DNA from: the human T2T-CHM13v2.0 reference genome, Homo sapiens
Length of the DNA stretch: 64,000 nucleotides
Assembly (NCBI RefSeq): GCF_009914755.1
Contig: NC_060936.1
Direction: 5' to 3' (one strand)
The position numbers were made by a program, and so were the translations under genes. Position 1 is the stretch's first letter. Each line of letters begins with the position of its first letter. Below the pieces are notes generated by a model, which saw only the letters and a list, made by a program, of their open reading frames with translations, searched no databases and was not told where the DNA came from. Below are positions 30,276 to 44,189 of the stretch, piece after piece.

Positions 30276-32286
30276 TATTAAAACATCTAACAAATTAATA
30301 AACAATACTGGTTGATTTCATTTCATCATTCCCTGTGCTTAATGTGTTTTGTATATGAGGCTGTTTGCAGGGGCTATTGAGCTGAAGTACAGAGCAGTCA
30401 CTGATCATCATAGTCTTGATATTCTGTTTACAGAAGCCATGCCCACATAGTTTGTTCTGTTACTGAAAATGCAAATAAAAGTGATACAATTATAAATTGC
30501 AACACTTTTATAAAGAATTATAATTTTTATAAAAAATTTATAATTTAAAATTGGATTATTAGATCTCTACTGCTAAGCTAATCCTTGCTGTCCTTAAAGC
30601 AAGGACCTGGTGCATTTGTTTTCCTTTGAACTTCCACTATCAGATTTAGATTCTGACCCTCTAAACTACAAAGGCCACTGGCTGCAACTACAGCTAGAAA
30701 TCAGACACCCTTGCAATCCATTCTTTCTTCCAAGCTTCCCTCAAAATCAGCTAGTCATTTGCCGGTTTGAATTGATGTTCCATCTAGCCTACTCCTGTAC
30801 AAGTTATCTAGTCTTAAGAAACAAGCTCCACCTCAGACATGTTTTCCATGTAAAATTACAAACAACTACTGTTCTGACCACAGTCAATGATAATTCCCCA
30901 GGACTCAGCTTGACAGGGACAAAGAATGAAGGGAAAGAAAACTAGATGCTTGCCAGTATGACTGTTAAATGTCAGCTATTTTGGAGTTTATCCCCACATG
31001 AGATATTTCTTTTGTACTGTGAGGACGATCACTGAAAAAAACATGACAACATAATAAAGCCACGGAAGACAACCCCATCATTACAGCTGCAGGAAATAAA
31101 ACATAGATTAATGTCACCAAAGCACATGTCAGGAGGGATAATGATGATGTACACAAATGAATCTTCTCATCCTGGACAAAGAACTTAAGTACCACCTAAA
31201 ACCGGATAATAATTATATACAAATCACCAACGACACTGCTATCTGCTAAGCATGTATTATACTCACACATTTTCAAAGAGTTTGTTTTATATTTTTCTCT
31301 CAAAATTCTCCTCAAGTCTTCCCACTTGTATTCAAGTGACACAAATTACAAAGTGGTGCAGCAAGCACTGACATTGCCTAACAAGGCAAATGCAGCCTGC
31401 CATGGACAGCTATGAGACATTGTGTCCATACTCTAAGTGCCAAGAGCGAGCTGTGAACAAGAAAGCTGTGCAGCTGTGAACAAGAGCAGCAAAAGTGATG
31501 TGGACCATGCAGAGGGGCCATTTGGCTGTCCAAATCAAAACTAGATATAAACAATCGTTTGGAAAAATAGGTTCCATTTGTGTTTCTGGTCACAGAAAAC
31601 TGCCCACAGAGTGAAAAATAATGAGAAAGAATCTGAGGCCAATAGCTGATCAATATAAGGAATGTAAACTCCAGTTTGAATACCAAAGATAGAGGGAACT
31701 AGAATTATTTTACCTTGGCTCTAGGCTACAGCCATCTATTAATTAATAGTCTTAATGTGGTTTAGCTACTGGATCATCACGTTCATATCAGCCAAGTGCA
31801 ACCTCAAGGCAACTGAACTGCTAGAAAACTGCTTTTTCATTTATGATGTTTTCCATAAGAGAAAGCATTACTGAGGAAAAGTTATTATTTTACTTATACT
31901 AAGACCTTTGACCAAAATTTACACTCAACTTTTCAGGAATGTGCTTTACTTCATAGTAAGATGTTCACCAATACTTGACAGCAAATGAATGGGTTACAAT
32001 TACTGAAACCCCATCTATGATTTGTAAATCATGGATACATTCTAGAAGCCTTTATATTTATTAAGACCTATTAAAATTCAGTTATTTGTAAGGACAAGGG
32101 GTGGAAAGGGAGTTTGTGTTTTCTCTCCCTTTTTCTTATATTTTTTCCTGTTGGGATAAAGTGTAACCAGCCATAAAGAATGTCACTTGCATTTGAGCAA
32201 AGCCCCCTATCTCTTGTCTGTTTTGCAAAGCCACTGCTGTGTTCTCCTACAGATAAGGAGGGCAGCTTAAGTAGTCTGTAAAACGT

Positions 32287-32452
32287 AACAATAACAACAA
32301 TATTACTAATCACAGCTAATTCTTATTTTGTGCTTCCTATGTTTCAAACACTGTTCTAAGTGCTTTATGTGAATTAGCTCATCGAATCCTTACAAAACTT
32401 TATGAAGTAGGCTCTATTATTATCCTTATTGGATAGATAAGAAAGTTTAGGT
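32287..32452 (-). mobile_element. MIR SINE
   Basis: cactgttctaagtgcttta...tatgaagtagg...ctattattatcc. Confidence 0.8.
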
Positions 32453-32639
32453 ATATATATTTTTTCTCATAAGTTTATTTACTTGCAACTTCAACAGAGT
32501 GCAGAACTGAAAGGAGGTAGATTTCCTTATCTCACTAAATATGTACCCTTCATTGAAATCACACATTGAAATCTTCCTCAATGATGAGACAGGCCCTTAG
32601 CCATAGCCTGTTCATCTGCCTGGTGATGATATTTCCTAG

Positions 32640-32860
32640 ATTCTGAAACTCTTAAAGTTGAAGATGACCTCGGAGTCATTTAGGGCAATGCTGCACCCAC
32701 TGCAGGAAGCATATTTTTTGAATGGGTTTCTAGCCTTCATCTGAACACCTCTAGCCTCTCTTGTGGATGGAGAGCTCTGGATGTCAAAGCTCTCATCTTC
32801 CTTCACACTCATGACAATCTTTGAAATGACTCCTCTTTAGAAGAAAAGATCTTCTTCCTT
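32640..32860 (-). mobile_element. L3/CR1 3' end
   Basis: ttaaagttgaagatgacctcggagtcatttag...ctgaacacctc...gatggagagctc. Confidence 0.55.
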
Positions 32861-33824
32861 TGCAGTGTTGCTCTATGCAAGTGAAACAGGAAATGTCATA
32901 GTTTTTTTAAATTAGATCTTACTTAAAATCAAGAGTGTGATATTGTGGACTTCCACATAAGGGAATGAAGGGGGACTAATTCTCATCTGTGGGTTGGGAT
33001 ATCTAATCCTCATTCCTAGTGGTCACCCTCTCCTTGCTTCACACTCCATGGTAGCTTCACATGGCTTCTCCACTGTGGAACATGCTGACTTTTTTCTCAC
33101 ATTGCCTTAGGGAAAACCACTAGAAACAAATAATTTGTAGAATTGATGTTGAGCAGGAAGCTCTTGAGAAGGAAAGCTGAAGGAGTATTTTTCTTTTATA
33201 AACGGTGTGAAAACTCACCATCCTTGCTCTATTTCAGTGAAAGAAATATACACTGGATTTGGAGGAAGAGGCAGAAATAGAAAAGATGGGGAGACAGGAA
33301 GAAGATGGGAGGAGAATGAACCAGGAGGAAATGACTGCAGACATAGGATGTCCTTAGTTAAATAGTGTGTGGGCACAGCTGATCTTCAGAACTTGCAGAC
33401 CACTCAAGACTGTTCTGGTACCACCATCTAACTTTCTACACCCATGATCCATCCTCCTCCAGGACTCACTACACTGTGGCTCTTGTTTTTTTCCTTTCAC
33501 TATGAAAATATGCTCAGAGGAAACACATAAAGCTCATCCACACTGTGATATAAGTGACTGGCTGACAACTCGAAACACTAGCCCCATGAAAAGTATATTT
33601 TCAACAAGAATTGAAATATCAAATCAAAGGGCTGAAGCTCCAGGTCTTGAATTTCATATATCGACCAGGAATGGTAGAGATATCTGGGGAGTCAGAAGTC
33701 CTTTCCAGGACTGGCCTCCATTCTAGGGGCTCCCCTGGCCTTGCTATAAAAGCACACCCAGGTCTTCCAGATCTGTGCATGTGGCCACTCTTCTAGAAGG
33801 TGGCTGGTATTCCAGGGACAGCTG

Positions 33825-33998
33825 GCACTCCCTTCCTTGCTCTTTGCCAGCACACGGCACACACACCTTCATTAAAGCATTTGTCACACTGTACTTTGAG
33901 GTCACATGACTATGTCCCCCACCAGACTGTGAGCTCTTGGGGAGCAGACACTGGGCCTTGGTCATCTTTGTGTTCTCAGCACTTTGTATCAGGCCTAC
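33825..33998 (+). mobile_element. L2 3' end
   Basis: gcatttgtcacactgtac...ccaccagactgtgagctcttgg...catctttgtgttctcagcac. Confidence 0.75.
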
Positions 33999-36234
33999 AT
34001 GGTCACCCATTCCTTCCAAATGGCTGCCCTGTGAGGAACCAAACACACTCGGAAGAGCGCTGCATGGGTGGCCTTCCATGTAGGGAGATTCAGTAACAGT
34101 ACAGGAGGTTCTCACGTTACGAGCAAAACCTTGACTTAAAGATCAACAGTCAGGGCCAAGACTGGCTAATTTTTTCATTAAATTATAAATTTGTTAGTGA
34201 CATATTTGTGGATTTTATTTAGTGGAATTCCAACCTGCTCTTCCTAGTTCAGTGTTGACACAAACATATTCCCAGCAAGTGAAGTGTTGAGTAAAAGCTA
34301 CTGAAGAATCCATTCATCATTAAGCAAACATTCCCTATGGATAAGAGAATGAACAAATGGATAAGGGATTCACTGCTACTTCCCCTTTTCCACTGGAATT
34401 TTCTACCCATAACAAATACATTAGGTTTGTCTTTAAGTAATAGGAGACTCAAAACTCTATACTACAATGTTTTAATGCATTTATATAAAATCTGAAATGA
34501 TTTTTTTTGTCATTTTCTGGATTAATTTCTTTAATTTTGCTACCAACCTAATCAGCTTTAAATATCAGAAAGCCATTGGATAGCTTTTGAATGTAAATGC
34601 TTTTATTTTATTTACTTTGGAAACTCAGTTTAAAATACTATTTTTTGCCACGAAGAAGCACCTTCAAATATCAGATTGTTTTTCAATAAAGGTACTTTAA
34701 CAAGATGTCTTCTCTGAGGGATGAAGAGTGAGGAGGAGGGGAGGAGGGGAGAAAGGAAGCAGTTCTCAAAAGAAGCATCTAAGGACAAGAGGCTTAGGAA
34801 AAAACAAAGCCACAAAGAAAACCACTTTTATTACCAATACCCTCTTTGGTGAGATGTTTAAAGAGTTATTTCAACTGAAAGGTCTGAGACAGGATTAAAG
34901 GCACTAGTGTTCTCTGATACATCTAACTAAACAATAAAAGCTGAAGAAGAAGGCTAGTCACATCATTTTGCCTTCTCAGCAAGTGGCTGTCTCTGTATTA
35001 AAAAAAAAAAAAAGGCTTTAATCAGTATAACTGACTTTTGACGGTATTAATAGGCTACCAGGCTGATTTCTTGCCGTAGGCTGAAAAACTGCAACCAACA
35101 TGAGAGAAAATTACATAACCACTGAAGCAGAAGACAAGCAAATAATTTACACGTGACTCAATTGAGATGTAGGACCCTGCCACGATGCTGGTGTGCCTCT
35201 CCTTAGCTTTGTCCACCATGGACATAACATACATGTTTTGGTGCCATAGTAAGGCGATATCTTATAACAAGATAATAGCCTCGAGTTCTTCCCCTTTTGA
35301 ACAACGTGAAGGTACAACAACTCATTTGTAAGGTGCCTTGTTAAAACAACCACAGTCCTCATAGGAAGAGGGGAGGGTTAAGAATCAACGCAATTCCTGT
35401 CAAATGTGTATATGCTGCAGGCTTATAAAAGGGAGAATCAATTCACTCCAGCAATGAGTAATAACATCTATGTCCTTGAAGAAGCACTTTGAGAAATGCT
35501 AGAGTCACAGAACTATACATCCAGTGACACTGATTAAATGCTCTATTTGGTCTACATTTTATTGAAGGTGGAGGCAGAGCAGCAGATTAATATTGTTTGC
35601 TCCTGCTTATAGGAGGAACATTGGGAAACTGAGTAGGCATGTCTTCCACCAGCAAATGCCATTTGAGAATTACTGGTACTTTCTGATGAACTTCACTGAA
35701 ATTAATATTTTATATAATCTCAGTGTAGCAGGCAACCACTTTCCCAAGTTATATAATTGTGGATCACTGAAGTATCTGCCTACAAATGCATGCTCACATA
35801 CAAACACATGCAGCTGGAGATGCTACAGATCTTGTTGTCCGGAACTTGCAACCTTGCAAATTGCTTCCGTGGCAATAAAGACTAGAATTGCCAATACAGA
35901 TGACGCACCTCAGTGAATTGAGGAAGTTAACGTGTGAGAGTGAGTGTGACCCAGTGGGCTCACCAGCAGGCTGAAGGAGTGAAGGCAGGAACAATGTGTC
36001 CTTACTACAACCACCTTTCTGATTTTCCCAATGGCGTGGAGGAAATTATTTACCTTTTCCATGCACAGGTCATAGTGTAAGGATATACTATGTAAAATAA
36101 ATATGTCAGCTAGACACTGGTTATACACAATAACATCTATCCTTTTGATATGGTGATATTTTATTAGTGGTGACTGAGGACAAAAGCAATGCTTAGTTTT
36201 TCACATAACAGAGTGAAAAAAAACTCAGGTAACC

Positions 36235-36830
36235 TGACCCAGAGGACACTGCTGCACATTAGAGTAACTGAGAGACCTCTAAAACAATTCTTGTACTCAG
36301 CCCACACTCCAGATCAACTCTGTCAGAATCTCTGGGCATGTGACCCAGTGTTTAAACCTCCCCAGGTAATTCCAACATGCAGCCACTCTTGAGAACCAAT
36401 GGTATGGGATTCCACAACAGCACTTCGCCTCCCTAATCCAGTAGGTCTTGTGCATGAGCTTGCATGAGAATCATCTGGAGCTCTGTTGAAGAGCAGCTGG
36501 TTGGGCCCCACCCCCAGAGTTTCTGACGCAGTAGGTTTGGATTGGTGTTTCTAACAAGTTCTCAGGTGATGCGGATGCTGTGGAGGGACCATATTTGAGG
36601 ATCACTGCCTCCATCAAAGGTATTCACTGTACGAATCTTTCTCCAAATGGAAATTTTTTTTTTTTTTTTTTACTTTAGCCTTTCTGAAAGTGTGTTTCTT
36701 GGACCACTGCCATCAGCATCCCCTGGAGGAAATGGAGATACTGAGGCCCACTCAAGGTGAGGCCTCGTAAACTTCAGGTGCCACCCTCCCCACCCTGTGA
36801 TTATGCTCCCTGAAGTTTGAGAACCACTGT
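36235..36830. mobile_element. Three MER5-family MITEs (about 36235-36403, 36435-36610, 36680-36830)
   Basis: ctgcacattagag...ttgagaacca; gaatcatctggag...tttctaacaagttctcaggtgatgc; ggaccactgccatcagcatc...aagtttgagaaccactg. Confidence 0.75.
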
Positions 36831-37414
36831 TTTACCTCCTCTTTCTGCATGCTTATGAAACAGTTCTCCCCTAATAACCAAAATGACTCAAGCATGAAAA
36901 GGCCACCAGACCCCAACATGAGAAGTGAGAAACAGCGAATTCCCTGTGGTGAGGAATCTTCACTGCATTATTCTGTGGGCCAGGGGACAAGGGCACGGGT
37001 ACCATTTTCAGAACACATGTCTGAGAAATTAACTCAGTCATGGAGAAAAGTCTGTGTATCCTGAGCACACACACTTCGTTATCTCTCTTATTGCTGCAAA
37101 TCCTCTGAATATAGGAGGGAAAAAAAAAATCTCCCTTTCCAGCAAGTTCACTATAACAACCAATGGTCTTTTTGCAATATTTGTAATGTCTTTTTGGCTA
37201 TACCTACTTCTACCTCTACACCTCTTGAACTCACAAAAAATAACAGAGTATTAGGAAAGGAGGATGTTTCCTTTCCCATCCCACCTTGCTGACACTCTCA
37301 GGTTTAATAAGTAAGAGCTAGATAATAAGAGAACTAAACAATATTTTATGAGTTTATAATTTAAAAATTAGTAACTTGTTTGAAGGACAACTGTTGGAGC
37401 TATTCAAGTATGGC

Positions 37415-37612
37415 ATTTTATCCCAAATCTGCCACTCACCAGGTTGTAGCCTTGGAGGAAATTATTTAACCACCTGTACCCCCATTTCCTCATCTATAAA
37501 GTGGGAGTAATAATAAAGCCTACCTCATGGATTATTGAAATGAACTAAAACATATAAAGCATTTGGCACAGTGCCTAGCTTATAGCAAGTGTTCGATAAA
37601 TGTGAGTTTTTG
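37415..37612 (+). mobile_element. MIR SINE
   Basis: tttcctcatctataaagtggg...cctacctcat...gcacagtgcctagc. Confidence 0.85.
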
Positions 37613-38242
37613 TTTTCATTTTTATATAGTGGACACAGCAAATGCTGAATAAAGAATGAAATAAATAAAAAACTAGCCAAATGAATAATATCAAAAGCAG
37701 TCCTTTAGGACTGTCAAACTTCAAATTCAAACTAAGTTATTGTTCAGGGAACCTAAAATTCAAGAGTGCATGGACAGAGTATAATTCAGTATGAAGTTCA
37801 CCAACAAAAGTGATCCCAAATTTATTTTTTGTAGATTGGTCAAGACCAAGATTATTCTGTGAGGGTTATTTCTGTCAATAAAAAGAAAAGAAGGATTCAG
37901 GTCTTGCACATCATGGGACAGACTTTTTTTAATCTTTTCAAAAAAGATTATGGGAAATAGCAAGCTGACGGTCACCGCTGGGTCAGCACCTGGAGAAGCT
38001 GGGGCAAGCCAATGTTAGAGGCCCGTAAAGTGGCCAGACACAAGCAGGGGACTGAGGACCACATGGGCAATGAAGCTTGAAAAGGTAAGCCAAACGGGTC
38101 AGGGATCTGTTTAACTTTACTCTGTCATAGAGATTTTCTCCCATTTTTATTTATAAATAAAATAAGGCATACTCCCTATTTCATGGTACCAGTAACCTCC
38201 ACTTATTTTACCAGACAAGCCCAAAGTGAAAACTTAGCAGTT

Positions 38243-38602
<360 letters not shown>

Positions 38603-39431
38603 TCAGAATCAGACTCACACTCACAGCCCATTTTATCTTTTGGAGGCTTAATCTCCCACTTAAATTCAGAAAATTCTTAAATTCGTTTTTAATGATGATA
38701 CTCTTATTCTCATTATTACATTTTTCCAACCTGATACTCAAATGTAATATAGTAATACAATGCACCATTAAGTCTCAACTATATTTAAATGTATATCTTG
38801 AGCCATAATCATACAAGACCTTGCACAGACACAACACACACATAGATACAGCAATTCCTATAAAGCCAATGATAAAATTAAAATCAAACCATTGAGTACA
38901 TCATAAAGTAATGCCCATATGTTGTTTATTGCTATAGATCCATAGGGTATATGTTAAGGCTGAATTAAATTTGGGGTTCATTTTGGTCCAAAGAGACTTG
39001 GAGATAATTTACTTTTGGTCAATCCCAGCGCAGAGAGGTCCCCAGGAATGAGTCAGTTCTTAGGCTCACTCAGATCCACAGAGTTACACAAATGACCTGG
39101 CTTTTCAGAGCCTACTGGGTCCCACCCCAAGGCCAGAGAGTCTCCTGCTGTTGGTTTAGAAAGAAAGAAAGTTCTTTAAGCCTGTAATGAATAAGAAATG
39201 TTATTTTACTAGCTCTGACAAGTGTCTAAGTCCTTAGGGTTTGGGCCACATACAGCCAAAAGTCTCAGATCTAAATGAGGTTACATCTGTGGAGGCTCAC
39301 TGCAAGTGCCACGGTCTATAGAAAAGTTTTCAACATATTAAAACAGGATCTGCACATACAAATGGTTCATAAAAAGGACCAAAGGACCACAGGAAAATTA
39401 TAATAAATATGGTGATAATAAAGGCGATAAC

Positions 39432-39672
39432 TAAATAGCCAAGACTTATGGAGAACTTGTATTCTAGATGCTGTGCAGATATTTTACATGGTTATCTCAT
39501 TTGGTCCTCTAACAGCCCCATGAGATAGGTAAGATATCATCCCCATTTTATAGTTTAGGGAAATGAGGCTTAGTGATTTCAGTTATTTGTCCAAGGTCAT
39601 GTGCTCATAGATGGCAGTGCCAGAATGTAAACCTGGTCCTGTGATGTCCAGAGCTAGAGCTCTCCATCCCAT
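39432..39672 (-). mobile_element. MIR SINE
   Basis: atccccattttatag...gaaatgaggcttag...tttgtccaaggtca. Confidence 0.85.
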
Positions 39673-40663
39673 CCTCATCTGACTTTCAATAGAGAGCGAT
39701 TAAGCAGAGGACTCCCAGGTGTGTTTAGATCTTAAATGAGAAATTATAAAACACAGAGGAATTGTCATATAATCAAGAAAGAATACTAAAATGTAATCCC
39801 AAATGACAGTGCAGGGAGCTAAAACCCCAAATAAACCATATCCTTCAGAAAATTGCTGAAAGCAACACATTTTATTGGTGGAGTCCCTGATTGAGAACAT
39901 CAATCCTGTTGGTGCCAAGCTTCAGCCACAGTTGGGCATTTTGAAGGATTAATGGGATATGTCTTTAACAGAGGGGTGTGAAACCATCAACAAAATAACA
40001 TGTGCTAAGGGAAAAAGCTACTATTACTAAAAGACTTGATCTGAAAAGGTAAAGGCCTCAGGTTAGAGGGGCACCTGATTTTGGGTTCATTGGTGTGTGT
40101 TACCCCCAACATCTAGGCTTGTGCGGAACTCTGGGGATTGGAGATAGAAAAGCATTCCTTCTTTAAAGCCCCTTAGGCTTTGGTGAGCACAAAGTAGCTC
40201 AGCTCTGAGGCCCTTGTGACAAAGTATAGCACAAATGGGAGGGAAAGAGCTTTTCTCATTTAGACTGATTATTGAAACCCACTGGAGACCCAAATTAGGC
40301 CTGAGCACAAGCTGGTAGCCATGCCTCAGACCATCAAGAGTGGCAAGATATAAGAGAGGAAACCTTCCCCCAAATGTGGCAGCTGGGAAAATGAAACTTC
40401 CTACACCAAGTGGACAAAGGATTTCCAAAACAAGCTGGAGTGCTTGTCTGTTAAGGAAATTCAAGAGGAGGAAGAATTCTGCAATTCTTCAGTGATGGGT
40501 AGGGGTCCACACAATGGAATGGGTAAAGGGAGGCAGAGCTGAGAAATGACATTTTCGTAGTTACTGAGGTCCGCATTTACCTTCAGGTCAGTGGGAACTT
40601 TGAAAGTTGAGGTTAATGATGTTATGTCTGGTCTTGGCAAGAACAAAGAAAAGAACCAAATCA

Positions 40664-41155
40664 TCGATGGGCATTTGGGTTGGTTCCAAGTCTTTGCTAT
40701 TGTGAGCAGTGCTGTAATAAACATACCTGTGCATGTGTCTTTATAGTAGAATGATTTATAATCCTTTGGGTATATACCCAGTAATGGGATTGATGGGTCA
40801 AATGGTATTTCTGGTTCTAGATCCTTGAGGAATTGCCACACTGTGTGAAGCTGGAAACTATCATTCTTAGCAAACTAACACAGGAACAGAAAACCAAACA
40901 CCGCATGTTCTTGCTCATAAGTGGGAGTTGAACAATGAGAACACATGGACATAGGGAGGGGATCATCACACACCAGAGCCTGTCAGGGGGTCGGGGGCTA
41001 GGGGAGTGATAGCATTAGGAGAAATACCTAACGTAGATGATGGGTTGATAGGTGCAGCAAACCACCATGGCATGTGTATACCTATGTAACAAACCTGCAC
41101 ATTCTGCACATGTATCCCAGAACTTAAAGTATAATAATAAAAACAAAAAGAAAAT
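40664..41155 (+). mobile_element. L1PA7-like insertion with 5' inversion (inverted 40664-40844, sense 40845-41155)
   Basis: 15-bp TSD aaaagaaccaaatca (40649-40663 and 41156-41170). Inverted part encodes WQFLKDLEPEIPFDPSIPLLGIYPKDYKSFYYKDTC (ORF2p C-terminus). Sense part is ORF2 end/3' UTR plus A-rich tail. Confidence 0.95.
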
Positions 41156-41589
41156 AAAAGAACCAAATCACTGCTTTTGTTTTGTGGGGATGGGGGTTAA
41201 CTGCTGTAATGTTAAGAAAATATAAAAAGCAAACAGAAGTATTAAACTTTTTGGCATGTCTTTTCTTTATCAAAGAAAGCATAATATGCAAAAATATACT
41301 ATGAGGCAGCTCTTAGTGCTTTAGTTTAAGTGGACTCAAGACTTCAGACCCAATGGTTTACATCAAAAGATACAAATGATGAAGATCCAAGAACTGCTGT
41401 GATTAATCTCTGCATAGTCATGGGTAAACCTGAATGGTGCTAGAAGATGGGAGTTAAAAAAAAAAAGTATCAAAGTTCAAAGTTCAAAAATGGAGAACAG
41501 TATATTTGACAATGAATTCAATGAGATATTGACCTGTAGTAGTAAAAGGACAAAACCAAATGCTTGAAAAGTGACTTTCAGGGCCACCA

Positions 41590-41765
41590 TATACTCATTG
41601 TGTGACTAGGGAACAATCTTCCTGCCTCTAATTTGCCATCCATAGAAATGGAATTCATTAAGATCATTAACAGGCTCACTCCACCTCCTAAGGTCTGAGG
41701 GAGGCTCAAATGAGATCATGTTTTCCTATGAAAATGCTCTGAAAACCAAAGCTCTTAAAGTTGCC
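41590..41765 (+). mobile_element. MIR (MIRc/MIR3-like)
   Basis: tgtgtgactaggg...gaggctcaaatgagatcatg...tgaaaatgctctgaaaac. Confidence 0.65.
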
Positions 41766-41879
41766 ATGCCCAATAGTTCTATCTACAGTTTATATAGACA
41801 GAAATAAACTCAACCCAATATGAATGTGACACAACTGAATTAATGTGTTAAGAAGTGACTTAATGAAGATTAATAAAGC

Positions 41880-42200
41880 ACTCAACTTGAACAGTAAGAC
41901 AAAATCCAAAAGAATGGAATGTAACAGGGACACACTTGTCTTAATATGTAAAACATTATTAATATGCACAGGCCTAAGCAAGTGGGGAGGTGTAGACTTA
42001 ACTTTGGAGCCTTTGATGTAGAAAAAACTTTGGAGATTTCTTTTTACCACAAGCTAACTATGAGTCAAGAATATGACCTGGATGATAAAAAGAAATGCAA
42101 CCATAGGCTACACGAATGGAAATATCATTCCAGTAAGATAGAGTGGGACTGGAGCTACACTTGTACTATTGCAGCCTCAATGTACTGTTTGGAGAGTGCT
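41880..42200 (+). mobile_element. L3/CR1 ORF2 3' relic
   Basis: atgtaacaggga...accacaagctaactatgagtcaagaatatga...aatgcaaccataggct, resembling the CR1 DxKLxMSQQC region. Confidence 0.7.
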
Positions 42201-43184
42201 TTAGATACACTGGCAGTCCATGGGATTTTAAGGGCTGGCTTAGAATCCTAATGACCATAAACAAGTTTTCATCAGGAAAACAAAGTATTCAAAGTTCTGA
42301 ACAGTCAATTTACTAATATACTTTAGAATATAGCTCATTAACAAAGAGGGGGAGGGGGAGAATACAGGTACTTGGGGCTGTCTCTTACACAGAATCACTC
42401 CCTCCCCTGTGCAAGCCTCTCATTTCACAGGTGCTTGCTTGCAAAGATGATTTGGAAAGATGGAGGTAAATTAACATATTGATTTCCCAGCACTCTGAAG
42501 GCCATAAGCAGACACACTGGGTCATGTTTCAAATGATGGAATGTGAAATTAAATTAAAGGATGCATCTGTGCTCAGCCCCTAATTGCCAGCCTAGTGGAT
42601 GTTTTTAAGGAGCACAGAGAGGGAGGAGAGAGAATAGGAAGAAGCAAGGTGAATGCATTAGAAAGCCTGAAAAACAAGCTGAAACAAAGGGGGTTGGGAC
42701 AATTAAGAATTTCTATGTGCAGATTAAAGTTGACAGTGTCTGTTAAATACATCTCCATAATTTAAAATACACGTGAGAGGAGTCATCAGTTGGCATCTTT
42801 GACAACACAGTAGAAGTTGTAGAATCATTCCCCTGGCCACATTTCAGGTATCTGAAAATGTAATATAGTTAGAGGAAATTAATAGCTGGGTCTGGTTTTT
42901 TAAAATCATCTTCATTTGTCAATTTTAGCTTTAAACATTTGTCATGTTAGCTTTAATCTAACTGGTTCTGGGATGGAATCTATTACAAAATAGATCCTAA
43001 ACAAAAATATTCACTTCATCTGTGGCCTATTTCTGTGGTCAATCAGCTATAAACTAGCCTGTAACTGGACAGAGACCTTTCATTTGATGAAGATAAAAAT
43101 TTTAAATATATTTAATAATAATTATTTATAAAGTTATATAATTCACCTCTATTTGGTATAAAATAAAAAGCAGAGAAAAAACAA

Positions 43185-43455
43185 CTGCTCTTTCTCCAAC
43201 TCTACTGTGCAGAAAATTGATATTCTGTGATATACTGATAGGTGTTACTAGGGGGAAAAATGGTTTTCTGTGGTCAAATCAATTTGAGAAACACTGGAAT
43301 AAAGAGTTTTCTTTCCCGCAGGGCTTCTCAAAACGCTTAATATGCTTATGTGCAAGGAGGAGGGAGACACAGTATAGCATTGCCAAAATGGAACATTTGT
43401 TACTATCTCCAGGGACCCACACGTTCTGGGAACACAGGCTAGGAAAGGCTGCTCA
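43185..43455. mobile_element. hAT-Charlie MITE (Charlie4-like)
   Basis: ttctgtggtcaaatcaatttgagaaacactgg...gggcttctcaaaacgcttaatatgct; subfamily uncertain. Confidence 0.55.
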
Positions 43456-44189
43456 GACTCCTGACCCAGCACACAATCCTCTGTCCAAATCCAGTTGCAA
43501 ATCACATTTCAAAGATTCTGAAAACTAAGTGATGGTATAGTCAATGGCCTAATGACCTCAGCAGCCAGATGCCCAAGGCTACAGGCCAGAAATTGCTGCA
43601 TAGTTTCAAGATGACAAAACAGATAGAAGCAAATAAAGCGACAGGACCCTGGTTTAACTGTATTTACTGTCACCTACATAGGTATCCAATTCAGTCCTAC
43701 TCAGGTTTTTGTATATTTAAAGAAATGCTTACTTTAGGGATTAAAAATAAGAGAACAAATTGACTATTTCTATCCTGAACACTAAAGATAGAATATGTAC
43801 TTGTTCTCAGCTAGCAGTCAAGAGTAGGTAATACAATAAATCAAAGACTTTCACCGACAGTTGAATAATCACTGAATAACAATAACTTTAATTAGTAAAT
43901 TAATGACATAGGATTATATAGCATAATTCAAACAGAATTAAGCAAAGTTCTAGTCAAAGGGAGAGGGTGTAAAAAAATAAGAGGTTAGCCCTGCTCTCAA
44001 GAAGCTTATAATAAAGAGTGGAACACAAGGACATGCACAAGTAAATACAGAGCAATATTTGCTATAATCGCTGTAAAGTGCAAATCCATTTGACAGCCCA
44101 GAGAAGAGGAAGAGCGGGGTAGAATCTACATTATTTATAATTTAGAGTGCAGAGTGATTGCTCAAAGTGATGCCAATAAGAGAATACTT

